Below, one piece after another: positions 30,375 to 39,139 of a stretch of DNA of 64,000 nucleotides (position 1 is its first letter; every line of letters begins with the position of its first letter). Location of the stretch: positions 5,395-69,394 of the forward strand of contig JACTMU010000064.1 in the NCBI GenBank assembly GCA_014584465.1, written 5' to 3'. Position numbers and translations under genes: made by a program. The stretch is from Pseudomonadota bacterium. Its GTDB lineage: Bacteria > Bdellovibrionota > Bdellovibrionia > Bdellovibrionales > JACTMU01. The notes beneath the pieces are model-generated. The model searched no databases, was not told the origin of the DNA, and worked only from the letters and a program-made list of their open reading frames with translations.

Positions 30375-32351
30375 ATAAGACGATTTTCACCTTCTCTTTC
30401 ACTTTCTTTTGCAATTCCATTACTGTGCGTGATGGCTCTGACATCATCTTCGTGTGTCCATGAAATCAAACGAGTACCAAACTCTGATGAAGAAACCAAT
30501 GAATCCACCGGATCGATACCGTCTGGAAAAAGACACGTCATCTTAACCCTAGGTGGCCTCCGCTCAACCAAGGACTCCTTTGGGGTGTTCCACAAGATCA
30601 TTGGTGGACACCTTCAACTCATAGATCCAAGCAGTAAAGTCATTGTGGAGCAGGTCCTATTTGATACTCACGATTTTGACTTTGACGACTCAAGCAAAGT
30701 TGTCCCACAGATCAATGAAACGCTTAAGAGACTCTTCAGCCAATCTGGTGGAGAACCACGACCCGGTGATCGCATTTCAGTTGTCATGTACTCGATGGGT
30801 GGAAACATTGGACTTCGCTGGCTCAACGAGACGATCGTCAGCCCTGACAATTCCAAATACATCGAATATCTCGAAAACTTCATCACTCTTGGAGCTCCAT
30901 TTTGGGGAGCAAAAGAGGCTGGGACTGTCCTTCTTGTTGAATCTGCGATGGGCTTCAACCTCGACAAACTACTCTCTATGGGATGGGTTCAAGGTCTGGC
31001 CAACACGACGCGGGCTCAGGTTGAATTTATCTCCCCTCTCAGCAATGGATCCTTTCTGGCCCGATAAAGCATGATCCAATGGGCGAACAACCCCGAACTT
31101 TCAAAGTTCAAATTTCGTGTTGCCAACTCCATAGGGCTCTTTCCATGCGCCTCTGGCGCCTTTAAAGAGGGGTGGTTTCGTAAGGCCACCATCTGGGATT
31201 TTATGTCCAACTTCGAAGCTTCAGTGAAGTTCATCACCACAAACCTTGGACACAAGGTCAACTATTCGACCGATTGCAAATCATTTGCAGGGACCGCCGA
31301 CACCACGCTGAACAACATCATTACGACTACAACGATGGGTGGCATCCGTAGGGAGTCTGATTCTGCGGTTATAGCCCCAAGCGCCAACATGAACTTCATC
31401 TACACTAGTGACCTTAATGATCACTATCGACCCTCTTCGATCATAAGCTCCGATGCCTTTCAGGAGATCAAGGATGTTGTTTCTCAAAGATCAGAATCTC
31501 GCATTGAGTTTCAGCCCCAATATTCCCAAATTCTTCATGCAACCTTGAATCCAAAACAGATGGATGACTTTGTCGTTGTAGATACAGAGTGTGCCAACTT
31601 TTATCAACCTGGCTTGAATTGCACTCATTACTATAAATATCTGGTTCGTGATCTTGCTCGTTGCGATCGTGAAAATGCCTCGTGCATTAGTAGGAGAGTG
31701 GGTGACTTTCACGATTCGGCTCTCCTTAAAATCAACCCCACACCTCTCTCTCAGGAAACTCCAAACTCTGCATGGAAAGATGATGACTCCCGTGCTCATC
31801 AAGTTCGCACCTTTGCCCTCGAGTTTAATTTACGAGTTGCCAAAGATTACAAAGTGCCAGATGACCTTACCGAAACTCTAGGAGCAACTCGCAAAATCCT
31901 GAAGTTCATTCGATTTGATTTCGTCGACAAGACCTTCGCAGATGATTTTGTGGGAGCCGTCAAACGAAACGGCCTTGAATTCTCATCCTATCTTTCTTCC
32001 ATCTCCACAGGTGTCTTTCAATTTGTTTCGGATGGCAAAATTCAAATGGAAAATCAAGATCTTCCCTATTCGGTTCAAGTCGCACGATCCCTCGAGGGTT
32101 TCTCTCGACTTGTGAAGATTGTAGATCTCAAGGAGGGCAGCTCCAAACACATTCGCGTACTCCTTACAGGTAGGGTCATGCCTAAAGAGGGAGTCTCTTC
32201 TGAAGATTTTTGGTTTTCCGTAAAAGATGGCGTCAAGATTCCTCTCTCCATTGAGCTGAGTGGTCTCAAATCTCGAAAAATCGAAGCTGTCGTGAAGCCA
32301 GGTCTAACGACTTACATCGATCTTGCAATGTCGCCAAAAGAGTCAGAATGA
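30375..32351 (+). pseudogene. Alpha/beta-hydrolase (lipase-like) lipoprotein interrupted by an in-frame TAA
   Basis: ORFs 30429-31067 and 31071-32351 share a frame (CGA TAA AGC ATG); YSMGG nucleophile elbow, TLGAPFWG, later SD and H motifs; signal peptide begins at an ATA behind GGGAG. Confidence 0.65.
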
Positions 32352-32935
32352 TGAAATCAACAGTTGTGGAAAACGTCGACTATGGTCCCTTAGCTCAGTT
32401 GATTGGAACTTGGAAAGGCGAACAAGGTGAGGATTTGGCTCCCGAGCCCGATGGCGATGCACGCAGTCCTTACTTTGAAGTTTTGACCTTTGAGCCAGCT
32501 GGATCTTTGACCAATGCTGAAGAACAGACTCTTTCGGCACTTCAATATCGTCAGATTGTGAGTCGCAAATCCGATCGAAATGTTTTTCACAACCAAGTCG
32601 GCTACTCGTTGTGGGACCCAAAGACCAGGATCATCGTTCAAACCATCACAATCCCAAGAATCGTGACACTCTTTGCCGGCGGATCGGCAACAACTGAAAA
32701 TGATGGCAAAACTGTATTTCGGGTGATGGCCGAAGAAAACCACGCAGAATGGGGCATATTACAGTCTAATTTCATGAAACAAAAGGCTTGCACAAAGAGA
32801 TTCACTCACATGCTCACCGTCAAAGGAAATGAACTCTACTACCGGGAAACAACCCTGATCGACATTTATGGAAAAAAGAACTTCGAGCACGTTGATTTTA
32901 ATACGCTCTCCAAAGAGATTGGATTGCACTCTTGA
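32348..32935 (+). CDS. FABP/nitrobindin-like (DUF1794, THAP4-like) heme-binding beta-barrel protein
   Basis: GPLAQLIGTWKG, FHNQVGY, C-terminal FEHVD. Confidence 0.8.
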   Translation: MMKSTVVENVDYGPLAQLIGTWKGEQGEDLAPEPDGDARSPYFEVLTFEPAGSLTNAEEQTLSALQYRQIVSRKSDRNVFHNQVGYSLWDPKTRIIVQTITIPRIVTLFAGGSATTENDGKTVFRVMAEENHAEWGILQSNFMKQKACTKRFTHMLTVKGNELYYRETTLIDIYGKKNFEHVDFNTLSKEIGLHS

Positions 32936-33311
32936 TTTCAAAATTCTCAAGATCGATGACAAGATCCATTTCGTGACCACTGATTTGAGCTCTATAGAGT
33001 TTCAAACGCTTCTGGCCAAGATCCACAATTGCCTTTTGAGCAACTGCATCTTTGAGAAAGGGTAACGAAGCCCCCTGAAGTTCAAGATGGATCTTCTCTA
33101 GAAGGTAGGTTTGCCCATCTCGCCCTACGAACCCATTATTGCCAATGATCCCAAGGCACACCTGCTGGGCACAGTAGTCAAGGCGTGGACGGGTCAGCAC
33201 CTGACCCGCGACAACCATCTCACTCTGTAAAGAGATCCAGCTGCCGAGAATGGCAATCCAAAAGATGGGTTTCAAAAAGAGGGCCCTCTTTCTCTCAAAA
33301 GGGGCCCTCAT
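32898..33311 (-). CDS. Hypothetical exported beta-rich protein; start uncertain
   Basis: N-terminal hydrophobic segment; last gene of the minus-strand cassette; 3' end overlaps the convergent gene. Confidence 0.45.
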   Translation of the reverse strand: MRAPFERKRALFLKPIFWIAILGSWISLQSEMVVAGQVLTRPRLDYCAQQVCLGIIGNNGFVGRDGQTYLLEKIHLELQGASLPFLKDAVAQKAIVDLGQKRLKLYRAQISGHEMDLVIDLENFEIKSAIQSLWRAY

Positions 33312-33342
33312 TTGAATCAACAGATGCCTCACCAAACTCTCC

Positions 33343-34773
33343 CTAGCGACAGACTGGGCGCAAGAAGTTGGGATCATCAAATCTCTTGAACTCTATGAAA
33401 TCTCCTAGTGGAAAGACCCCACCTAAACTCTCATCTGGAAGTCCAATGGACTGCCCACATGAGTTGAATCTGTTAGGAAGAAGGGCTCTAAGATCAGTGA
33501 TCTGCCCCTGTAAGAAGGGTATGAAGTCAATCCTTGTATTGTAGTGACGGTGCACAGGTGGCCACTCACTCCAATCCAAACGACTCTTCTCGTAGGGAAA
33601 AGAGCCACGCAGAGCCTGATCTGCTGTCAACATGATCTTGTTCAGATCTTTAAGAAAACAGATCTGGGGTCCAAAGAAGTGACCCTGCCGCAACTCGCCC
33701 GACTCCGATCCACAGAGCTGAGAGAAGTTCTGTTGGTACCACTCAAGAGCGTCGAGAAATTCTTGTCCCTGCAATCTGATCTGAGAAAGCCACTCCCTAT
33801 CTCTTAAGGTCAGAAACTTGGGCTGCTCTTGAAACAAATGGTGAAGCTCTTCGTTCGTGGCTGGAATCCCCGAACTCAGTTTTGAAGTAATGTTTTCAAG
33901 GCCTGCCAAACTGTAGGTTGAAAGCAAAAGGGAGGAGGCAATGTTCATCCCATTGACAACACCCTTTAGAGCCTCGATGTCCAAACGATCCGTGATCAGC
34001 TGTTGACGAAGAAGGCGGACTTGAATGTCTGAGGAAGGTGGCGGATAGGGATAGTGCCGTCCGTCCCATCCGTTCCAGGTGCAGGGTTCAAAAACAAAGA
34101 CCCCTGGCGCAATTCGAGAGACAGGGCAATTCCCCCAGTGAGGTCCAGAGTAAATGTCCGTGTACCAGTACCATGTTTGAGTCCAATAGTCGAAGTATCG
34201 ATATCGTACCTCCAACGAGTAATGAGTCATCACAAAGAGGTCATCTCCAAGTTCTTCAAGTGCATCTCCGATTTTTTGAATCGCAAAGCGATTGGCAAGA
34301 AAGAAATCTTGCAACTCCTCGGTGGTTTGTATGTCCTCAATTCCATCAAGAAAGAACTGTCTCATCCCAGCGGGCATAGAGTCTCTAAGTTCTGCCAAAC
34401 CCTGAAGTGCACGATAACCCACCGTTCGCGCCAAGGGTGTCACTCTCTTCAAGAGCCCCCGCGACAGATCAATCCAATTTCCAAAGGCCTTGTAGAGCTT
34501 CGCTCGCTTATTGTTTGGGTCAAGCTTCAGAGCTTGGTCTGCAACTTCGTTGACGTAGATGAACCCGCCTGTGTAAAAAAGCCTCTCGGCCAAGAGAGCC
34601 AAGCTCTCCGCATCAGCCTGGTTTGAATTGACCTGAACCTCCTGCAGATCACTCAGTTCAAAGCTCTCTTCTGCTTGAAAAAATTCAGTGAGATTCATAG
34701 TCTTTACATCACTGGCCCAAATAGGCGGAACCAGCCCCAACGCAAGTCCCACAACCAACATTAATTTCATCAT
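33343..34773 (-). CDS. Secreted hypothetical protein with N-terminal TPR-like motif
   Basis: Signal peptide, 'ALKLDPNNKRAKLYKA', aromatic-rich central segment; AAGGAGGAG RBS. Confidence 0.75.
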   Translation of the reverse strand: MMKLMLVVGLALGLVPPIWASDVKTMNLTEFFQAEESFELSDLQEVQVNSNQADAESLALLAERLFYTGGFIYVNEVADQALKLDPNNKRAKLYKAFGNWIDLSRGLLKRVTPLARTVGYRALQGLAELRDSMPAGMRQFFLDGIEDIQTTEELQDFFLANRFAIQKIGDALEELGDDLFVMTHYSLEVRYRYFDYWTQTWYWYTDIYSGPHWGNCPVSRIAPGVFVFEPCTWNGWDGRHYPYPPPSSDIQVRLLRQQLITDRLDIEALKGVVNGMNIASSLLLSTYSLAGLENITSKLSSGIPATNEELHHLFQEQPKFLTLRDREWLSQIRLQGQEFLDALEWYQQNFSQLCGSESGELRQGHFFGPQICFLKDLNKIMLTADQALRGSFPYEKSRLDWSEWPPVHRHYNTRIDFIPFLQGQITDLRALLPNRFNSCGQSIGLPDESLGGVFPLGDFIEFKRFDDPNFLRPVCR

Positions 34774-34804
34774 AACTCCTCCTTAAAAAGGTTACTGTTC
34801 AAAT

Positions 34805-35863
34805 TCAATCCTCAAGTCTCGGTGGATCTTTTAAAAACTTGATCCACCTCGCATAATCCCTTGGATTCTTCGATCCAGAACCACAAGATCTCTCCAAGAA
34901 AACTTGATCTTCCAAGATCTCCACCTTAAAACCGGAACCCGGCTCATAGGATGTGATCGGTCCAATCTGAAGAAGATCATCCTGAGTCACTCGATCTTTC
35001 CTCACAATGATACGATCGTCCTTTTCAAAGGCCGACACAGTTCTTGTTGAGAACTCCTCCACTCCGTCGCCAAAATCTTCAGGCTGATCAAAATATTTTC
35101 GCGTCAAGACATAGTGACCGTTGACCATCAGAAACTGTCGTCGGATGATATGTTCCACAGACCATCGCCAGTAAATGGTTGGCAACTCAGATCGATCCGA
35201 AGGTTCATGAAAGCAGAGTTCTGTGCCGGGAGGAACCCCAAGACCCACGTTTTCCATTGCCAGTGTTGAAAAAAGGGCTGCAACGACATGCCGAGTTCGA
35301 TAGGAATCCAAAACTTGCGATTTTTCTCTCTCAATCAGATAGACAGCTTCATGAACCATGAGTGCCGCTCGATTGAAGGGAGTCATCTTGCTCCAAATGT
35401 CTCGACTGTAGTCAAGTCTTCGACCATTGAAGGCTGACGGCTCGACGTATCGAGCCGCAAATGCAAATTCGCAACCCGGAGGAACGATGATTGACCCCAT
35501 ATCACCTGGAATCACGATTTCACCATTAACTGGATTCTCAATCAATCTGAGATGCCTCAAAGCATAATCGACCAAATCGTAATAATCGCGATGGAGCCAC
35601 TTCAACCGGTTTAGAGCTCTCTGCTCAAATCGCTCCTGAGCCTGAATTGGATCCTCCTCTGGCAACGATGGATCGGCAATAGGCAAACCAAGTCCACCTT
35701 CAGAAGGGTGTGATCGCCCCACCCAAAGATCGATGAACTCCGCCTCCTCAGATCCTCCGGGTCCAGGGCAAAGAGAAACTCCTCCTCCATGGGCCTCCTT
35801 TCCAGCGTTGGCAATTCGACCAAACTCAAACAACACGACAAATAAAACCAAGATTCTTCCCAT
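34805..35863 (-). CDS. Secreted hypothetical protein with HGGG N-motif and HExxY zincin-like motif
   Basis: Signal peptide, GKEAHGGG, 'RAALMVHEAVY'. Confidence 0.7.
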   Translation of the reverse strand: MGRILVLFVVLFEFGRIANAGKEAHGGGVSLCPGPGGSEEAEFIDLWVGRSHPSEGGLGLPIADPSLPEEDPIQAQERFEQRALNRLKWLHRDYYDLVDYALRHLRLIENPVNGEIVIPGDMGSIIVPPGCEFAFAARYVEPSAFNGRRLDYSRDIWSKMTPFNRAALMVHEAVYLIEREKSQVLDSYRTRHVVAALFSTLAMENVGLGVPPGTELCFHEPSDRSELPTIYWRWSVEHIIRRQFLMVNGHYVLTRKYFDQPEDFGDGVEEFSTRTVSAFEKDDRIIVRKDRVTQDDLLQIGPITSYEPGSGFKVEILEDQVFLERSCGSGSKNPRDYARWIKFLKDPPRLED

Positions 35864-35865
35864 TT

Positions 35866-36609
35866 CTAGATTTCCTTTCTCTTTTGAGTGAGTGGAAAAA
35901 AGGCTAGTGAAAGTTGATAAACTTCATCACGATCGGCGGATTGGGCGGAGAGGGCATTGATCTGACGACGAGCTGTGGACAAGATCTTTCGAACCTCCTC
36001 AATCATTGAAGAGTTCATGCTCACTGTCAGCGAGGTGCAATCGCGCTCCTTCGAGGAGATGTGGTCCAACGCCGTCTTTGCAAGATCCAAAACTTCGTGC
36101 TGGTACATCTTGAGGGCCTGATGTGTATCGACCGTTCCCACAGTGGAGAGATCCGCCTGAGTGTCCACCCAACGCCCTTCGGGGTCCTCCTTTAGGAATT
36201 CAAGTCGAAAGAGTCTTCGAACCGCATCATCAGCCTCAATGATCGAAATGTTGAGCCTCTTTGCAATCCATTGGATGTCACTTTGAAAATCCTTGAGATA
36301 GGTAAGCTCGAGAATTGCAAAGTGGTACCACCGAGTGATGAGGCGAAAGATCTCGATGTCAATCTTTGGAATCATCTCATATTGACTTGCACTCCACGGA
36401 ACCTCTGCAATGACCACGTCTCTAATCTTTTCAAATACCTTTTCCGAAATGGGCTGCTTCTCGGACAAGAGGCGCGACAGGGTCCCTGAGTTCATCCCAA
36501 GCTGGGCGGCAAACGCTCGAATCGTAAAACGAGGGTTTCGTTCACGCTTCTTTAGGTAGGCCTCTTTCAAAAGGCGATGGCGCTCGCGTTGAGTTTCACT
36601 TTTGTTCAT
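35866..36609 (-). CDS. TIGR02147/DUF4423 family HTH protein
   Basis: NPRFTIRAFAAQLG HTH, WYHFAILEL, IAKRL, EVYQLSLAFFPLT. Confidence 0.88.
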   Translation of the reverse strand: MNKSETQRERHRLLKEAYLKKRERNPRFTIRAFAAQLGMNSGTLSRLLSEKQPISEKVFEKIRDVVIAEVPWSASQYEMIPKIDIEIFRLITRWYHFAILELTYLKDFQSDIQWIAKRLNISIIEADDAVRRLFRLEFLKEDPEGRWVDTQADLSTVGTVDTHQALKMYQHEVLDLAKTALDHISSKERDCTSLTVSMNSSMIEEVRKILSTARRQINALSAQSADRDEVYQLSLAFFPLTQKRKEI

Positions 36610-36636
36610 AGAAACATTCTTCCCAGAAAAATTTCA

Positions 36637-36681
36637 ATGCGGCAACTATTTTTGCAGCAAAGTGCTGTGTTTTTGCAGCAA
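36637..36681. promoter_or_regulatory. Operator-like repeats upstream of the TIGR02147 gene
   Basis: TTTTTGCAGCAA at 36649 and 36670 (21-bp period) plus ATGCGGCAA at 36637. Confidence 0.5.
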
Positions 36682-36744
36682 TCTGACTGCGCGATTGAGT
36701 GCCAAGCACTCTTGACTGTGGGCGTGATTACTGTAGTTAGACCT

Positions 36745-37335
36745 ATGCACGAGAAAGTCATTGTCTTGTCAAAGAAGCAGAGCAAGGATTCGGATCTTCT
36801 CATTAAGGGGATCAATGAGCAGGGGTCCAAGCTGCTTCTCTATGCGCGAAGCGCCTTAAAAAGCAAGAAGCGCTTTGGAGGTGGGATCCTGGACCCCTTT
36901 AACTACCTTGAGGTGTCCTACGAAGATTCTCACAGAAAGAAGGGGCAGGTCAGCGACCTCCATTTTCTCACTGAAGCAAAGTTGATCTATGATTTTCCTC
37001 ATCTTCGTAAGGATTGGACCCGATTGAATTTGGGATTCTATTTTTTGCAGACCATTGAAAAGGTCTCTCATCATGAACTCCCTGATTCTACGGAGCTCTT
37101 TAATCTCCTTGGAAATTCACTCAAAACTCTTGAGACTTCGGAACACCTTGAGACTCTTCAACTCCATTTCAATCTCAAAGTTTTGCACCTCAATGGGCTC
37201 ATGCCACAAATCGAGAACTCTTCAGAATTCCTTGCTCTCCCCATTCAGAAACATTCACTGGTTCCACTTTCTCAAGATCAACAAACCCAACTCAAAATGA
37301 AAATACGAGAGCCACTTCATGATCTTTTGGCATAA
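36745..37335 (+). CDS. recO: DNA repair protein RecO
   Basis: ARSALKSKKRFGGGILDPF OB-fold motif; start ATG 36745. Confidence 0.8.
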   Translation: MHEKVIVLSKKQSKDSDLLIKGINEQGSKLLLYARSALKSKKRFGGGILDPFNYLEVSYEDSHRKKGQVSDLHFLTEAKLIYDFPHLRKDWTRLNLGFYFLQTIEKVSHHELPDSTELFNLLGNSLKTLETSEHLETLQLHFNLKVLHLNGLMPQIENSSEFLALPIQKHSLVPLSQDQQTQLKMKIREPLHDLLA

Positions 37336-37407
37336 GGATCTGTGACCAACTCGAGGAGGCTCAACAAAGGTATAAGGAAAACTTATTACAAATTCACCGG
37401 AATGAGG

Positions 37408-37424
37408 TTTCGCGCCAAGCACTA
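37408..37424. repeat. 17-bp dispersed repeat, copy 1 (TTTCGCGCCAAGCACTA)
   Basis: Exact reverse complement of 43935-43951; lies in the convergent recO/proS gap. Confidence 0.6.
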
Positions 37425-37435
37425 AGTACCGGGCA

Positions 37436-38938
37436 CTAATAAGCTTTGGCAAAGACAATGCGTCTCTTTGAGGGTTGACCTGTAAAGAGGCACTTTCCTG
37501 CACTCTCCTCACCTTCTAATGGAATGCAACGAGGAGTCACCTTGAGTTCCGCAAGGAGAGGGTGTCCCATGGCCGCCTCATTCCAGTGAACCATGGCAAA
37601 CCCACCCCTCTGATCATCTCCAAGAAAGAAATCCCTGAAATCTTCGATCGTATCGATGGTTTTGAGATTTTGCTCTCGAAAGTCTCTCGCATTTTGAAAA
37701 ATTCCAGATTGAATTTCACCTAGAATCTCTGGAAGTCGCTGTAAAAACTCTTCTCGTGGGAGACTTGCCTTCTCTTTGGGATCTCGATCTCGGCGACCCA
37801 CAAAGACGGAGTTGGAAGCAAGGTCTCGAGGACCAACTTCCACCCGAAGGGGAACTCCCTGCTTAATGTACTGCCACGACTTCTCACCACCGCCTATATC
37901 ACGTTGATCGACCTTTACACGAATAGGCTCTCCATCATATTGGATTTGCTTCATCTCAAGAGAGAGCTTTTCCACATACTCCAAAACCTGCGAAGAATCG
38001 GAGTCTTTGCGAAAAATAGGCAACAACACAACATGAACTGGTGCCAGTCGAGGAGGAAGAATCAACCCATCATCATCACTGTGGGTCATGATCAACCCAC
38101 CCACAAGACGTGTGGAGACCCCCCAAGAGGTGGTCCAACCATACTCTTCGCGCCCCTCCTGAGACAAAAATTTGATCCCTGATGCTTTTGAAAAGTTTTG
38201 CCCCAAGAAGTGGGAGGTCCCTGCCTGAAGAGCTTTACGATCTTGCATCATCGCCTCAATCGTGTAGGTCTCTACAGCACCTGGAAATCGTTCATCAGGT
38301 GTCTTTGCTCCTTTGATCACGGGCATGGCCATATAATCTTCAGCAAAACATCGATAGACCTCAAGCATCTTCAGAGTCTCTTCCATGGCTTCATCTGAAG
38401 TGGCATGAACCGTGTGCCCCTCTTGCCAAAGAAACTCCGTGGTCCGTAAAAACATTCTTGTGCGCATCTCCCAACGAACGACATTGCACCACTGGTTCAT
38501 CAGAATCGGAAGATCTCGGTAAGATTGCACCCACTTGGAATAGACATGCCCAATGATGGTCTCACTGGTCGGGCGAATCACATAGGGCTCCTCGAGGACT
38601 CCATCAGGAATCAACCCCCCATTTTCTCCCTCAATCAAACGATGATGGGTGACAACGGCGCACTCCTTTGCAAATCCCGAAACATGCTCGGCCTCTTTCG
38701 CCAAAAAACTCACTGGGATCAGAAGCGGGAAGTAGGCATTGACGTGATCCGTCTCTTTGAACATGCGATCCAAAATGGATTGCATTCTTTCCCATAGGGC
38801 ATATCCCCATGGCTTGATCACCATGCATCCTTTGACAGGGGCATTCTCAGCAAGATCGGCGGCCTTAACCACCTCTAGATACCATTCTGGGTAGTTTTCC
38901 GATCGGGTGGGAGAAATCGCAAATTTACGCACAATCAA
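37436..38938 (-). CDS. proS: Prolyl-tRNA synthetase, archaeal/eukaryotic type
   Basis: RPTSET, FLRTTEFLWQEGHT, QAGTSH, C-terminal AKAY. Confidence 0.96.
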   Translation of the reverse strand: MIVRKFAISPTRSENYPEWYLEVVKAADLAENAPVKGCMVIKPWGYALWERMQSILDRMFKETDHVNAYFPLLIPVSFLAKEAEHVSGFAKECAVVTHHRLIEGENGGLIPDGVLEEPYVIRPTSETIIGHVYSKWVQSYRDLPILMNQWCNVVRWEMRTRMFLRTTEFLWQEGHTVHATSDEAMEETLKMLEVYRCFAEDYMAMPVIKGAKTPDERFPGAVETYTIEAMMQDRKALQAGTSHFLGQNFSKASGIKFLSQEGREEYGWTTSWGVSTRLVGGLIMTHSDDDGLILPPRLAPVHVVLLPIFRKDSDSSQVLEYVEKLSLEMKQIQYDGEPIRVKVDQRDIGGGEKSWQYIKQGVPLRVEVGPRDLASNSVFVGRRDRDPKEKASLPREEFLQRLPEILGEIQSGIFQNARDFREQNLKTIDTIEDFRDFFLGDDQRGGFAMVHWNEAAMGHPLLAELKVTPRCIPLEGEESAGKCLFTGQPSKRRIVFAKAY

Positions 38939-39139
38939 ACTCCTTCAACGTTTTGCCCATTTCTCATTTCAGATCTGGGTTCTCAGTGCCGAGCCCTCAT
39001 AGGCTCTGCAATTACGCTTAGTGGTACCGGTCGCAAACAATCAATGTCAAGCGTCATTTCTTGCTACGCACTTAGATCTCAATGACGCCCACTGTACACC
39101 TGGTTCCATTTATGCTACCAATGAAGCTTTCTGAAGTGA

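Noticed and set aside
31065..31067. Selenocysteine or pyrrolysine recoding at the in-frame stop
   Set aside because: The codon is TAA, not TGA or TAG
36697..36711. GAGTGC-CAA-GCACTC, resembling CIRCE half-sites
   Set aside because: Halves are in the wrong order without the 9-bp spacer, and no chaperone genes are adjacent
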